Numbered from the stretch's first letter, positions 39,658-50,375 are shown. The stretch is 64,000 bases of DNA from Poseidonia sp. (GCA_030829545.1 JAURAI010000001.1:70234-134233), one strand, 5' to 3'. Numbers and translations: made by a program. The notes: a model not told the origin generated them from the sequence alone.

Positions 39658-42183
39658 ATGGCACCAGGTATCATTCAAGGCTTTTCTTTTGCCATGATTG
39701 GGCCCCTTTTCTTTGCCATCCTGACGGCTTGGTTTTTTTGGGACAAGGTCGTCCCCCGGCAACTGAAAGGACTCCAAGTGGCCTTTCAAACTGGAAACCG
39801 AACCTACGAAGTTCATCGAGTCACATCAACGGTTGAGGACGTCAAGGACCTGCTCGCTCGCCGAGGAACTCGCTTTGGAGTCGTCTCATACCTCATGGCT
39901 CTCACTGGAAGCCTCATTTTATTGTTTGAATTTACAACGTTCAGAGTCGAACTTTCCGAAGGCTATCATGCGCCTTCGGTGGCTCTTGCGCTGATTCTCA
40001 TCATGCTTCCTGCGGTCGTATCGAGTGGAACATCCTTGGGCGCTCAAGTGATTCGTCCTCTGGGAACCAACCGCGCAACGCTGCAGAACAATACACGTGC
40101 ACGAAACATCGCTTATGTTGCCCTGACCCTTTCGTGGCTTTTCTTGGCCGGAATGGTTGGATTGGTCGTGGATGCACAAGGTGGGTCACAAACACAAAGT
40201 GTCAGCATCGCAGCTTTCATCGCCTTCAGTCCAGCAGTTCTTGCCTATGGACGAATTCTTGGTTCATCGTGGAATGCCCTGAAGCAATCCTCGCAACAGA
40301 TTGGAAAAGGGAAGCCATCACCCTTCCACAATCACATTCCAAACGCACGTCAGCAATTCATCGCTCAAGTCGTTCATCTCAACTTGGTAGCCATGCCATT
40401 TGTTGCTCTTAATACACTCATCTCACTGCTCTTCTTGCTGTATAACCCGGACATGTTCATCCATTCCGACCGCGTTCTTGAACTTCCAGAATACCGACTC
40501 CAAAGCACCTACATGGAAGAAGGCGGGTTGCTTGGTTTCTGGCTCATTGAACTCTTTTCAAACATACCACAGGCGGGTATTCGAGTACCTATTGTGACCT
40601 CCCTGCTCTTGTTTTTGTTGCTCAACGTGGCGGCCATCGGATTCCTCTTTGTGTATGAAGTGGCCCGAATTCTTTTCCTTGACATCCAAGATGTTTCAGG
40701 AAAAGGAGGCATCCGCCTGGCAGACAGTCGTCTCTTGCGAGCCGAGCCTGTGCAGCAAGCGAACGTGTTGAATTTCTGTTTCACCGGATTTGCCGGTCAA
40801 TCCATGCTCCTGCTCGCCCTTGCGATGATCACGTTTTGGGATTCCAGTTTCCTCCCCCAAGGCAGCGCATGTGGTTCTTGGGAAGGCAGCGTATGTTCGG
40901 TTATGGAAAAGGACATGCTCGAACAATTGACGTGGATGCTCGCCTCGGGAGGTCAAATCGCATTTTTTGCAGTGTGGGCGCTCTCTTGGCGACGTTCAAA
41001 TCGACTTGATGATTTTACGTTCGATTCAACCATGGATGAAGACCGGACCAGACTTCGAGGCATCAGTGACATGATTTATCTCAAGCAGCGCCCAATCAAT
41101 GAACTCGTTGCAGGTGATGACTGGCAGACCGCACTCGACCGCTTTGAATCACATTCAATGCGCAATGAAGAACGCTTGGTCGGGTTGGACATGATACGGC
41201 AAACACAGGCGACCATGATGCTCAAGGTAGCCATCAACCGTTGGGACGATGCAGAAGAGGTCGCAGTTGACCTTCTAGCACTTCAAGGCGGACGAGATGC
41301 TCACCTCTCAAGGCTGACACTTTGTGCCGCTAGTCTGGCCCAACGCGACCTCAAAGAGGCCCGACCACGCCTCGCCCTTCTCAAGGACGATGATATCGAA
41401 GCAGTTCGCCTCAAATGGGTGGCTGCGGTATTGAATCCATCAACAAAACTCAGCCCAGAAGTCCGTTCCATGCTGAGTATTGACCCCATTACTCGGAAAA
41501 ATATCGCCATGCTACGTGAACTCAAGGAAGCACGGGTCGTAGCAGACCGACAGCGACTCAAACAGCCCACTGACCGGAGAATCTTCCTCAGTCAACTCGC
41601 ACGCATGCGGCTTGCTGGGCAGAGCGAACGCGCCCTTACGCTGCTTGAATTAGCCATGAAAGAGATGCAAGAAGAATGGGTGCACGGCACCATCGTTCAG
41701 AGTTTATTGAATTACGATGCGGGCAGAATGATGACAGCGGTTGACCTTGCTGAAAAATTACAAAAGTGCCATTCACGCAATCCGCATTTGCGAAGTGTTT
41801 TGCACCACTACGCTGATATGGGGCACACCACCTCACCCCCCTCTGAACAGTCGAAAATTGAATGGGCATTTGAGCAAGACTTGGATTGGCGTGAAAAATG
41901 GTCGGGCCATAACGTCAGCGTGCCTCCTCACATGAAGACGACAGACCTCAAAAAGCATGCATGGAGGGCCAATGCTTGGGTTGGTTTGACAAGTGAGAAA
42001 GGTTTAGCAGCTTTGCTCAAGGGCAAGCGTCAACATCAAAACCTCCCTGAAGACCTTCCTTTGTGCATCTATACGCATCTCGCTGGCCTGATGGTAACAA
42101 TCGGTGGAATGCCAGTGGATTTGGGTGTCCCCGGTACAATTCAACTCGATGATATTGAAGCAGCAAACCTGCTTGATTTGTAA
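39658..42183 (+). CDS. Large hypothetical protein: polytopic N-terminal half, helical (TPR-like) C-terminal half
   Basis: 841 aa ORF, about 10 hydrophobic helices; starts 10 nt after the thrS stop. Confidence 0.8.
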   Translation: MAPGIIQGFSFAMIGPLFFAILTAWFFWDKVVPRQLKGLQVAFQTGNRTYEVHRVTSTVEDVKDLLARRGTRFGVVSYLMALTGSLILLFEFTTFRVELSEGYHAPSVALALILIMLPAVVSSGTSLGAQVIRPLGTNRATLQNNTRARNIAYVALTLSWLFLAGMVGLVVDAQGGSQTQSVSIAAFIAFSPAVLAYGRILGSSWNALKQSSQQIGKGKPSPFHNHIPNARQQFIAQVVHLNLVAMPFVALNTLISLLFLLYNPDMFIHSDRVLELPEYRLQSTYMEEGGLLGFWLIELFSNIPQAGIRVPIVTSLLLFLLLNVAAIGFLFVYEVARILFLDIQDVSGKGGIRLADSRLLRAEPVQQANVLNFCFTGFAGQSMLLLALAMITFWDSSFLPQGSACGSWEGSVCSVMEKDMLEQLTWMLASGGQIAFFAVWALSWRRSNRLDDFTFDSTMDEDRTRLRGISDMIYLKQRPINELVAGDDWQTALDRFESHSMRNEERLVGLDMIRQTQATMMLKVAINRWDDAEEVAVDLLALQGGRDAHLSRLTLCAASLAQRDLKEARPRLALLKDDDIEAVRLKWVAAVLNPSTKLSPEVRSMLSIDPITRKNIAMLRELKEARVVADRQRLKQPTDRRIFLSQLARMRLAGQSERALTLLELAMKEMQEEWVHGTIVQSLLNYDAGRMMTAVDLAEKLQKCHSRNPHLRSVLHHYADMGHTTSPPSEQSKIEWAFEQDLDWREKWSGHNVSVPPHMKTTDLKKHAWRANAWVGLTSEKGLAALLKGKRQHQNLPEDLPLCIYTHLAGLMVTIGGMPVDLGVPGTIQLDDIEAANLLDL

Positions 42184-43944
42184 TTAGATTCGTCGTCGTA
42201 GCCGTTCCATAGCAGCGTCGGCTTGAGAAAGGTGTTGAAGACATTCTTCGATTCGGCTGACGCCTAACATCTCCTCGGACAGTGCAATGGCTTCCTCACA
42301 GGCCCGTCGATCTTCATCGGTGATGGTAATACCGGCAGCTTCGCATTGATTTCGAAGGACCTTCCACTCATCCATCACGTAATCGTAGAGTTCGAGGGCT
42401 TCACCACTTGCTCGTCCTTCTTTGTCCAAGTCCGTCGTCATGCGTTCCAAGAGCATGCCCGCATGAGACCAGGACCGGTCGTCAGCCGCTTGTTCTATTT
42501 CAGCGAGCGCCTTTGCCCACGTATCCTCGTCATCTCGGCCTTCATACCGCTTGACCAGTTGTTTTCGCTGCTTGAGGGCACGAAGGACATCGTCCATCGC
42601 CGCACGCTCGCGTTGCAAGGTTCGTACCACACCATCAGCGAGACCAATCGCTTGACTGGCATTGCCTTCTTCAAGAGCGTTTTCTGCTTGCTTGAGGCGT
42701 TGTTTTCCTTCGTTCAAATCCAATCCGTCGGCTTGGTCTATCTGGCGACGGGCTTCTTTGATGGACTCAAGAGCACGGTCTTGTGCTTCACCTTCTGCTT
42801 CAAGTTGTCCAGGTATGACGACGGCAAATTCAAAGGCCTCACGGGGTTGTTCCTTCACCAATTTTTCTTTGGCATCCTTGAGAAGGTCTCGCAAGGTTGT
42901 GATGCCGTCTCCTTTCTTTCCGTCCAGTGCTCGAACGGCCTCAGTGATGGCAACCTCTGCTTGGCTCCACCATTCGATAACTTCGCCAGCTCGTTTCTTG
43001 GCTTGTCGGAACAATTGTTCACCTTCACGCAGTGAACCCAACCCAACTTCTCGCACTCCCATGTCGTAAGCCTTTCTCGGGCGTTTGACAACTGGGGCGA
43101 TTGATTCAGCTCGTTCAATGGCCTCGAGAGCGTCATGACGAATGATTTCAACATCGCCTGCGAAGGAAAGCGCTCGTTCCATGTCTTCTTCACTATCGTC
43201 AAGAAGGCGCATGCCATAGGTGGGGTCAAGGTGACCTTCTTCTTTGGCAGTGGTCAACAAACTTGCCGCCTGAGCGACCGCTGCTCCTTGTGCCTTCAAC
43301 TCAAGAAGGCGTCCTTCCAAACGGTCCAATCTCCTCTGGAATGCTTTTCGTTCTACCTTTTGATCGTCACCAACCGACCACGAATACACCGTATCGCCGC
43401 AGGCTAACACCGCAAAAGTAGCGGCCAGCCCACCTGCCAATGTGGTGAAAGATTCAACCTGAATGAGGACCAGTGCGACGGCTGATGCGCTGCCAATGCC
43501 CGTGAGAATGGAACGAAAGCGCAAGACTCCAAAGTGTCCACGAAGGGTAGTAACAGCCATCTTTCGAGCCACAAAGGCGGCGAAGAGGACGAGAACACTT
43601 CCTGCCGATGCCTGATTCGAGCCAGTATCAAGGCCCAAGGCTCCAATCACCAGAAGCACGGGCCACGCCAAAGCAGTGGATGAGCCCAAACGTGTACGGG
43701 CGGAGGGGTCGTCCAACACCAAATCTTGAAGGAAAATACCCCACAATATCAGAGCGAAGGGTGGGCCGAAATTAGTCAATACAACGCCTTCTCCTTGCGC
43801 CATACTCTTGAGCGTTGGCCAAGCCAACCAGACTGCACAGCCTAGAATGATAAAAGCAGTATACATGGCCATGGATTCAACGCGCTTCGTGCGTTGCAAG
43901 CGCTCGGCTTGAATCGCTGAATCAGCATCAGCCCATGTGACCAT
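42184..43944 (-). CDS. Hypothetical membrane protein with long helical/coiled-coil C-terminal region
   Basis: 586 aa; about 6 TM helices, then A/E/R-rich helical repeats. Confidence 0.8.
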   Translation of the reverse strand: MVTWADADSAIQAERLQRTKRVESMAMYTAFIILGCAVWLAWPTLKSMAQGEGVVLTNFGPPFALILWGIFLQDLVLDDPSARTRLGSSTALAWPVLLVIGALGLDTGSNQASAGSVLVLFAAFVARKMAVTTLRGHFGVLRFRSILTGIGSASAVALVLIQVESFTTLAGGLAATFAVLACGDTVYSWSVGDDQKVERKAFQRRLDRLEGRLLELKAQGAAVAQAASLLTTAKEEGHLDPTYGMRLLDDSEEDMERALSFAGDVEIIRHDALEAIERAESIAPVVKRPRKAYDMGVREVGLGSLREGEQLFRQAKKRAGEVIEWWSQAEVAITEAVRALDGKKGDGITTLRDLLKDAKEKLVKEQPREAFEFAVVIPGQLEAEGEAQDRALESIKEARRQIDQADGLDLNEGKQRLKQAENALEEGNASQAIGLADGVVRTLQRERAAMDDVLRALKQRKQLVKRYEGRDDEDTWAKALAEIEQAADDRSWSHAGMLLERMTTDLDKEGRASGEALELYDYVMDEWKVLRNQCEAAGITITDEDRRACEEAIALSEEMLGVSRIEECLQHLSQADAAMERLRRRI

Positions 43945-44072
43945 ACAACAACCACACCTTCACCCCTCCATAATCACTCCGACGGGCTTCCCATCACCTC
44001 TGCACTCACATGAAATCCAGCGGCAATGTTCAAGGGTGTCTTTGAGGTGTAGCAGAAAAGAGAGGGAATTGT

Positions 44073-45020
44073 ATGCCGGGTCTCATCACAATGGACGATT
44101 TATCCAATGAGGAAATTATGAGCATCCTTGACGATGCTGAACGCTTGCTGCCTGTCGCTGAGGGGCGCACCTATTTGCCCCTGCTTCAGGGGAAAATATT
44201 GGGCAATCTCTTCTTTGAGCCAAGCACGCGAACACGGATGTCCTTTGAAACCGCCATGAAGCGATTGGGCGGCGATGTTGTGAATCTTGGTGATGTGAAA
44301 ACCTCCTCTGTTGTCAAAGGTGAAACCCTTTACGACACCATTCAGATGGTTGACGGCTATACCGACATTATTGCCATGCGCCATCCACGACAAGGTGCTG
44401 CGCAATATGCCCAAGATGCCGCCAGTGTGCCTATTTTGAACGGTGGTGACGGAGCAGGGCATCATCCCACTCAAACCATGCTCGACCTCTTCACCATTCG
44501 CCAGGCCCACGGCACCCTCGAAGGTCTGAAGGTGATTTTAGCAGGAGATTTGCGCTATGGCCGAACCGTTCACTCTCTCAGTCACGCACTCACTCGATTT
44601 GGTTGTGAATTGATTTTTGCAAGCCCTGAATTGCTCAAAATGCCGACTGAAATTGTCAACGACCTAACGAAGCACGGAGCGAATGTAACGGAAACTGAGG
44701 AATTGCTTGGCTCCATTGCTGACGCCGATGTGGTTTACATGACACGTATTCAGAAGGAACGCTTCGCTGATGAAGACGAATATACGAAGGTCGCTGGCGC
44801 TTACAAACTCAACGCCTCGAATCTTGAAGGAGCAAAAGAGAACATGATCATCATGCACCCGCTCCCCCGTGTTGACGAAATTCATCCTTCAGTTGATGGA
44901 ACGCGGCACGCCCGCTACTTCCAACAGGCATTCAACGGCGTGGTTGCTCGAATGGCGCTTCTTTGCCGTCTTTTAGGAATCAAGGTTCCTGAAACGATTG
45001 CGGACGGAGGTGAGGCTTGA
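44073..45020 (+). CDS. pyrB: Aspartate carbamoyltransferase catalytic subunit
   Basis: FFEPSTRTR, HPTQ, GDLRYGRTVHS, TRIQKER, MHPLPR. Confidence 0.97.
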   Translation: MPGLITMDDLSNEEIMSILDDAERLLPVAEGRTYLPLLQGKILGNLFFEPSTRTRMSFETAMKRLGGDVVNLGDVKTSSVVKGETLYDTIQMVDGYTDIIAMRHPRQGAAQYAQDAASVPILNGGDGAGHHPTQTMLDLFTIRQAHGTLEGLKVILAGDLRYGRTVHSLSHALTRFGCELIFASPELLKMPTEIVNDLTKHGANVTETEELLGSIADADVVYMTRIQKERFADEDEYTKVAGAYKLNASNLEGAKENMIIMHPLPRVDEIHPSVDGTRHARYFQQAFNGVVARMALLCRLLGIKVPETIADGGEA

Positions 45021-45496
45021 TGGCACAAGAACACAACATGCGTCGTGTCACAGCGATTCGTAATGGAACGGTCATCGATCACATTCCTTCTGGCCACGCC
45101 ATGCGAGTGTTGGAGATGTTGGCTGTCGACAAATCCACCTCTGTCCCCGTATCCATGGTCATGAATGTCCCTTCGAAGAAGATGGGTACCAAGGACATCA
45201 TCAAGGTTGAAGATCGGGAACTGAATCAAGACGAATTGAACCGATTGGCTCTGGTCGCTCCTGATGCACGGGTCGCCATCATCCGCGCCTACAGTGTGGC
45301 TGAAAAGATGACAATTGAGCTTGGAGATGAGGTCACCAACGTCGTGAGGTGCACCTTCTCAAACTGTATCACAACCAACCCTCGTGAACCTTTGGCACAC
45401 CGCCTCAAGGTCATGTCTCGCGAACCATTGGAATTGCGCTGTCATTATTGTGGACGACCGCAGGACCTTGAAGAATTGATTCACAACCTGCTGTGA
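45020..45496 (+). CDS. pyrI: Aspartate carbamoyltransferase regulatory subunit
   Basis: IRNGTVIDHI, KDIIKVE, CxxxNCIT...CHYC Zn site. Confidence 0.95.
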   Translation: MAQEHNMRRVTAIRNGTVIDHIPSGHAMRVLEMLAVDKSTSVPVSMVMNVPSKKMGTKDIIKVEDRELNQDELNRLALVAPDARVAIIRAYSVAEKMTIELGDEVTNVVRCTFSNCITTNPREPLAHRLKVMSREPLELRCHYCGRPQDLEELIHNLL

Positions 45497-45498
45497 AT

Positions 45499-46509
45499 TC
45501 ACTCTTCGATTTCAAGAAGGTCTCGCATATCACATGCTTTGCATTGTTCCTGTGAGGTCATACTACCGCACCTTGGACAGGCTTTGGGGGCATCAGGTCG
45601 GCTTTTTTGACCGCCCAATTCAACGACTTGGTCACGCAATAATTTGACTTGATCAGCCATTTTGACCAGCCCGTGGCGTGTCCCAGGAACATCGGCTTCC
45701 ATTTTCGCCACCATTTCGCGATGTCGCCAACGCAGTGCGCCCCGTGCATTCGGGCACTCCTCATGGTGAAGAGGGAGATCGCGATGAAGGGCATAGAGAT
45801 GTATTTCCTGTTCCGGAACCCAACGCAGAGGTACGATACGAGGTGCGAGACCATCTACTGGTGTTGAGGTATGTGGGGCGAGGCGAAGGGTTCGTTCGAG
45901 GTCACCGTTGGTGACGTTCATCAAGACCGTTTGAGCCATATCGTCGAGATTGTGCCCGAGCGCAATCACATCAGCACCGACCCGTTGAGCAAGGTGGTTG
46001 ATACCTTGACGACGGAAAACGCCGCAGTAAGCGCAGGCCATTCGTGGTGCATCGTTGTCCTTCTCAATGACCATCGGTAGGCGCTTGACAACTTCATCAA
46101 TCTCAGCGAATGAGAGTTCGGGATAGGAGACTACCTCATGAGCGATACCGAGTCGGTCGCACAGTGCTTTCGCACAATCGATGGATGGTGGACGATAGCC
46201 TTCAATTCCCTCGTCAACGGTTCCAGCCACGATAGTCACGTCACGACGTTTTCCAAGGAGATCAACGAGGCTGTCCAGTAATACGGCCGAATCCTTACCG
46301 CCAGAAACTGCCACGAGAATGGTGGTGTGCTCGCCTTTTTTGAGATGGAGTTGTTGTCGTAATTCCTTGCTGATTTTTTTACGAACGGATTTTGCAAGAT
46401 GCTTGCCACACAGGATTCTGCCAGAATAAGCCTGCTCAACAAGGGCTGGCTTGTCACAAGAGTCACATTGCGGAATCTGAAAAGCTGCGCTGGTTCCACC
46501 GCCTTCCAT
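45499..46509 (-). CDS. tRNA 2-thiolation enzyme (TtuA/NcsA/Ncs6, TIGR00269 family)
   Basis: N-terminal CxxC...CxxH, SGGKDS PP-loop, CAYCGVFRR, GHNLDD, CP, C-terminal CxxC...CxxC. Confidence 0.9.
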   Translation of the reverse strand: MEGGGTSAAFQIPQCDSCDKPALVEQAYSGRILCGKHLAKSVRKKISKELRQQLHLKKGEHTTILVAVSGGKDSAVLLDSLVDLLGKRRDVTIVAGTVDEGIEGYRPPSIDCAKALCDRLGIAHEVVSYPELSFAEIDEVVKRLPMVIEKDNDAPRMACAYCGVFRRQGINHLAQRVGADVIALGHNLDDMAQTVLMNVTNGDLERTLRLAPHTSTPVDGLAPRIVPLRWVPEQEIHLYALHRDLPLHHEECPNARGALRWRHREMVAKMEADVPGTRHGLVKMADQVKLLRDQVVELGGQKSRPDAPKACPRCGSMTSQEQCKACDMRDLLEIEE

Positions 46510-46538
46510 GGTTGGTGGGCATCGCTACATGGTTTCAA

Positions 46539-46794
46539 TACAACGGAAAACCGGGGCGGCTCACAGGGCATCTCCCTGCGAATATTTTCAATTGTAAAAT
46601 CAATTATTCAATTAGAAAATTAAATTACGATTTACGCACGACGGTTCGTATCTTTTTGAGGCGATTTGGATGATTCATTTTTCAAAAGCGGAAAAAGCAG
46701 GGCCTGCAATCAAGTTTCTTGGTCTTTCAAAGCGCATTTCCAGTTGGAAAATCTCAAAGGGTCTTCAAATCAACAATAATGGCCGTTCAAGCGC
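46539..46794. other. AT-rich tract flanked by ORB-like boxes (candidate replication origin)
   Basis: 46581-46634 has 7 G/C in 54 nt; TTTCCAGTTGGAAAATCTCAAAGGG at 46737; two weaker GGAAAA...GGG boxes. Confidence 0.45.
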
Positions 46795-46839
46795 AAAACT
46801 TCTTGAAGGCTACAGCGCTGTCACGGGAATTGAGCGAGC

Positions 46840-47181
46840 ATGTTGCAACGTCTTCTTACCGGATTCCTTCAACAGGAAGGCGTAGAGCAAGCCGTGATGT
46901 TTGACGAACGTGGCCGCCTCATGGCGAGTGTCGGTCGGCAAGGCCAACTACCAGCCCTCGAAGACGCCATAGCACTCACATCAGCGGCCTTGAGTGCTTG
47001 TGTTGAACACGAGCTGGGAGACCTCTACGAAATCTGGTCTGAAGGCGAACAACGAACGATGATCGACGTCATTACCCCCTATCGTATTTTGATGCTCAAG
47101 GGCCAAGGTGGCCGTCTTGCACGCTGGCGGCACAGCGTTGACCATCGCCGACGTCAATTGGCCACTACCCCCGAATTTTAG
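46840..47181 (+). CDS. Roadblock/LC7 (MglB/profilin-like) small protein
   Basis: FLQQEGVEQAVMFDERGRLMAS matches the roadblock 'GVxxAxxxDxxGxxxAS' pattern; 113 aa. Confidence 0.6.
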   Translation: MLQRLLTGFLQQEGVEQAVMFDERGRLMASVGRQGQLPALEDAIALTSAALSACVEHELGDLYEIWSEGEQRTMIDVITPYRILMLKGQGGRLARWRHSVDHRRRQLATTPEF

Positions 47182-47190
47182 GTGAATACT

Positions 47191-50100
47191 ATGTTTGAAC
47201 TACCCAAAGGAACGCCTGTTACCAAAGAGATTTCACTCGCTGAGGGTCATCTACAGCCCTTCGCCCACGGCGCTATTACAAGTTACATCGGTCGACGAAA
47301 AACACCGAGTGCCCATCGTTTGGTGCGTGGTGGACGCATCGTTGGTTGGATTGCGGAAGATAAGGACAAGGGCGTGATGCTTGGAGGTAGCGAAGCCCGT
47401 ATTCAATTGGAAGCCATCGAAGCCGAAGGAAAACTTCGCCTGGTTGGAAACAGGTACACTTTGAGTGGCCTTGGAGGGATTGCTGAGATCATTCCAGAGG
47501 CCTTTGAACACCAAGCAGACCGGCAGGGGTTGAGAGCCAGCACCAATTACGTTGCACGTTTACTGGCAAGGGACCTCTCGATGGTTGTAAAGACGCTTAT
47601 TCTTGATCCAACCGTGCGAGGCGCTATTGCTATTGACGGAGGCATGCTCATCGACGCTGCAGGTGACCTGCCTGGCTTTGGAGAGGAAGAAGCACTCGCA
47701 TCTCACGTGTATGACCTTCTTTCAAACATGCGAATGGAGGACCGCCCTCATCTCGCTGTCAAAGGACAAGGTCACTGGATTTTGCATACCGAAGAGGGAG
47801 CGCTCTTGCTCGCACAAAGCGGAGATATTGCACTTGCAGCTTGGACTGAACGTGATGCGAACCATGCTCGATTACTTTCTGCCACATCAACCGCTTTATC
47901 CGGCGATGTAGCATCTGCGGGTGAAGATGGAACAAAACTCCCTGAAGGGTTTACCCTGCGAGAAGGCCGTGGTGGTCCAGACGCCATTGTTTCCATGTTG
48001 AAGGCAGGCCTCCAAGAAGAAGTAACCGGCCATATTCAGTCGGGAAGTTCAAGCAAAGCTGTTTCATTGGTGCTGTCACAAGGTGTACCCGTTGCACTCT
48101 GGGCGCCTTCCGTCGACGACGAGACAGAAGCACTCCGATTGCTTACCGAGCCAAAGCGAAAGGTCCGTCTTGTTCGGCTACCTGCGGGCACCATCGTTAC
48201 CGCTCGTTCTGGGACAATCGCCTCGTTTTCTCTTACTGGTTTCATTGACCAGTTAGCCACCATCCGCACGCGTTCAGAAGCACGCCAGGAATCGTTGAGA
48301 GCCGCCCTTACCGACATGCTAGGATTCGAAGCAGGTATTGAGCAATTGCGGACTGAACGTGCAAAGTTAGCGTTCAAAACCGACGGCATGGAATCAGCCG
48401 TTCCCCTTCAGGTCATGCAAGAACAAGCCGTCTCGGCTGTGGATGAAGGATTGCGTCGCCGCCTGGAGAAATCGGAACAAACCGTGTCGGCATTGAACGC
48501 CTCCATCGCTGTACTCGAGGGTAAAATCAAGCAGTTAGAAACCAAGAAAGATGCAGCACAAATTGTTGCAAGAGAGGCCAGTGAAACACGACAAGAGCAC
48601 ACTGTCGCAATGGAAAACGCTCATGCACAACTCAACACGATGCAGGTTGACCTTGCACAATCAAGAGCCACTTCAGAAGAAGCAACGGCAAGGGCTGAAC
48701 GGTTGGTTCGAAGAGTGAATGAACTCGAGCATCAAGTCAGCGAGCGTGCGGCAGAATTAGCAAAAGCCATCGGTGAAGCAAGTTCGAGCGCAGAATTACA
48801 AAGCATGATCGAAGAACTCTCCCTCAAGGAAGCAGAGTTGCAAGCCAATTTGGGCGAAGGAAGTCAACGATTGACGACCATACGCCAGCAAAGCGATGAT
48901 GAAGAACGCCGATTGCGAGTTTTGACCGAACAAGTCAGCACCACTCGCGAGCGACATGCTCGGGCTCAATCCGACCTTCTCAGCCTGCAGGAACAGGTCC
49001 ACGTCCAACAACTTGAACTTGAAGCGGCTCGATTGGAGGAAAAGAAATCCCGAGGCCACGCTGACGAGGACCGCCGACGTCGTGCTGAAGAAGAAGCGCG
49101 ACGCTCCAACACCGAGGCTGAACTACGTGAATTGATGAATGAACGACGGCAAGTCCTCCGAGAATTGGGTGACTTGGGTGCCCGAAGAGGGCATGCTGAA
49201 GCAGAATTAGCCTCGCTTGTCGAGAAGGCCACCGACTTAGCCACCGCTCACGAGGAAGCCCTTGCCGATATACAAGAAGCAGAGCGCCTGCGTGCCCGGC
49301 TTGCCGAAGAACCACTTGCTCAGGCACTCCTCGACGATAACAACACCTTCCAGGGCCTTGGCCCCGTGTTGGAGCGACTTGAACACGCTCGAGAACTCGG
49401 ATATTCTGTGACGATGCTCGACAGGGCTGTTGAGCGAGCCTTGCAGGTGATTCAATCAACGGTTGATCAAGTTGCCGCAACACCTCGTCACCTGCTTTCT
49501 TCGGAAGTGATGACGCTCTTGGAACGACAGGTCCCTCAAACTGCAGGAGCCGTGCGAGGACTCGCACGCTGGTCAGTTCAGCAGCGTCTTGAACTCCAAC
49601 TTGGAGAAACAGTCAATCACCTTGTGCTTGACCTCGAACACCTTCTCGAGGATTACGACCGCTCGATTACAATGTTACGCCGAATCCGAAACGTGCTTGA
49701 ACAAATCGAGCGATTGGGGGCACCTGAGCATGAAGTCCACGCCCTCATGGCCAATTGTCAACGCCCAGAGGCGCTACCGAGTCTCGCCCTTGGAACGCGT
49801 AAGTTGATTCAAGTTGCTCTTGATGACATCTACCTTGAGGCAGACCAGCGCGATGCGGGAGAAGCGATTGGACTGGAAGAAACCGCCCGGGTCCTCGAAG
49901 AACTCATCACGCAACTGGATGCTTCAGGACTGACTGACGGCCGTCCACGCGGCATGCTTTGGGAATTCCAGCGGGATGGGTTGCTGCCCTTCGAGCGAGA
50001 TGCCATTCCTGCTGAACAACGTCTTCCAGTCGACGAAGGAATGCTGCACGCTTTGGAACCACACCTCCTTGCATCAGAGGCCTTAGAGGCCGTAGAGGCA

Positions 50101-50364
50101 CCTGCCGCAGAAGCCGTCGACAGTGACGGGTGGTCTGAACTTCCTGCGCCGAGCGACGATGCTGTCCATGCGGCGGTTGAATCTTCATCCCCTGCCACGA
50201 CCTCCCATGATGACCTGGACGACGAGAGAGCGAGACTCGAAGCAGAATTGGCCCGCATTGATGCAGAATGGAGTCATCGTGACGTACCCGCAGGCAACAC
50301 GCCTGTTCCTGCTGATGCTGCCCTCACAGACCTTGAGGCCCGGCTTTCAAACATTGACTTTTGA
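47191..50364 (+). CDS. Multidomain protein: DUF2226/PATAN-like, roadblock-like, long coiled coil, helical domain, acidic tail
   Basis: AGGTGA SD; MFELPKG start; VRGAIAIDGGMLID...ILHTEEGALLLAQSGDIALAAWT roadblock-like segment; about 300 aa E/R/L heptad-rich region. Confidence 0.7.
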   Translation: MFELPKGTPVTKEISLAEGHLQPFAHGAITSYIGRRKTPSAHRLVRGGRIVGWIAEDKDKGVMLGGSEARIQLEAIEAEGKLRLVGNRYTLSGLGGIAEIIPEAFEHQADRQGLRASTNYVARLLARDLSMVVKTLILDPTVRGAIAIDGGMLIDAAGDLPGFGEEEALASHVYDLLSNMRMEDRPHLAVKGQGHWILHTEEGALLLAQSGDIALAAWTERDANHARLLSATSTALSGDVASAGEDGTKLPEGFTLREGRGGPDAIVSMLKAGLQEEVTGHIQSGSSSKAVSLVLSQGVPVALWAPSVDDETEALRLLTEPKRKVRLVRLPAGTIVTARSGTIASFSLTGFIDQLATIRTRSEARQESLRAALTDMLGFEAGIEQLRTERAKLAFKTDGMESAVPLQVMQEQAVSAVDEGLRRRLEKSEQTVSALNASIAVLEGKIKQLETKKDAAQIVAREASETRQEHTVAMENAHAQLNTMQVDLAQSRATSEEATARAERLVRRVNELEHQVSERAAELAKAIGEASSSAELQSMIEELSLKEAELQANLGEGSQRLTTIRQQSDDEERRLRVLTEQVSTTRERHARAQSDLLSLQEQVHVQQLELEAARLEEKKSRGHADEDRRRRAEEEARRSNTEAELRELMNERRQVLRELGDLGARRGHAEAELASLVEKATDLATAHEEALADIQEAERLRARLAEEPLAQALLDDNNTFQGLGPVLERLEHARELGYSVTMLDRAVERALQVIQSTVDQVAATPRHLLSSEVMTLLERQVPQTAGAVRGLARWSVQQRLELQLGETVNHLVLDLEHLLEDYDRSITMLRRIRNVLEQIERLGAPEHEVHALMANCQRPEALPSLALGTRKLIQVALDDIYLEADQRDAGEAIGLEETARVLEELITQLDASGLTDGRPRGMLWEFQRDGLLPFERDAIPAEQRLPVDEGMLHALEPHLLASEALEAVEAPAAEAVDSDGWSELPAPSDDAVHAAVESSSPATTSHDDLDDERARLEAELARIDAEWSHRDVPAGNTPVPADAALTDLEARLSNIDF

Positions 50365-50375
50365 GGTGGCCCATA

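Noticed and set aside
48450-49320. SMC/Rad50 call for the coiled-coil protein
   Set aside because: No Walker A/B, signature motif, hinge or Zn hook.
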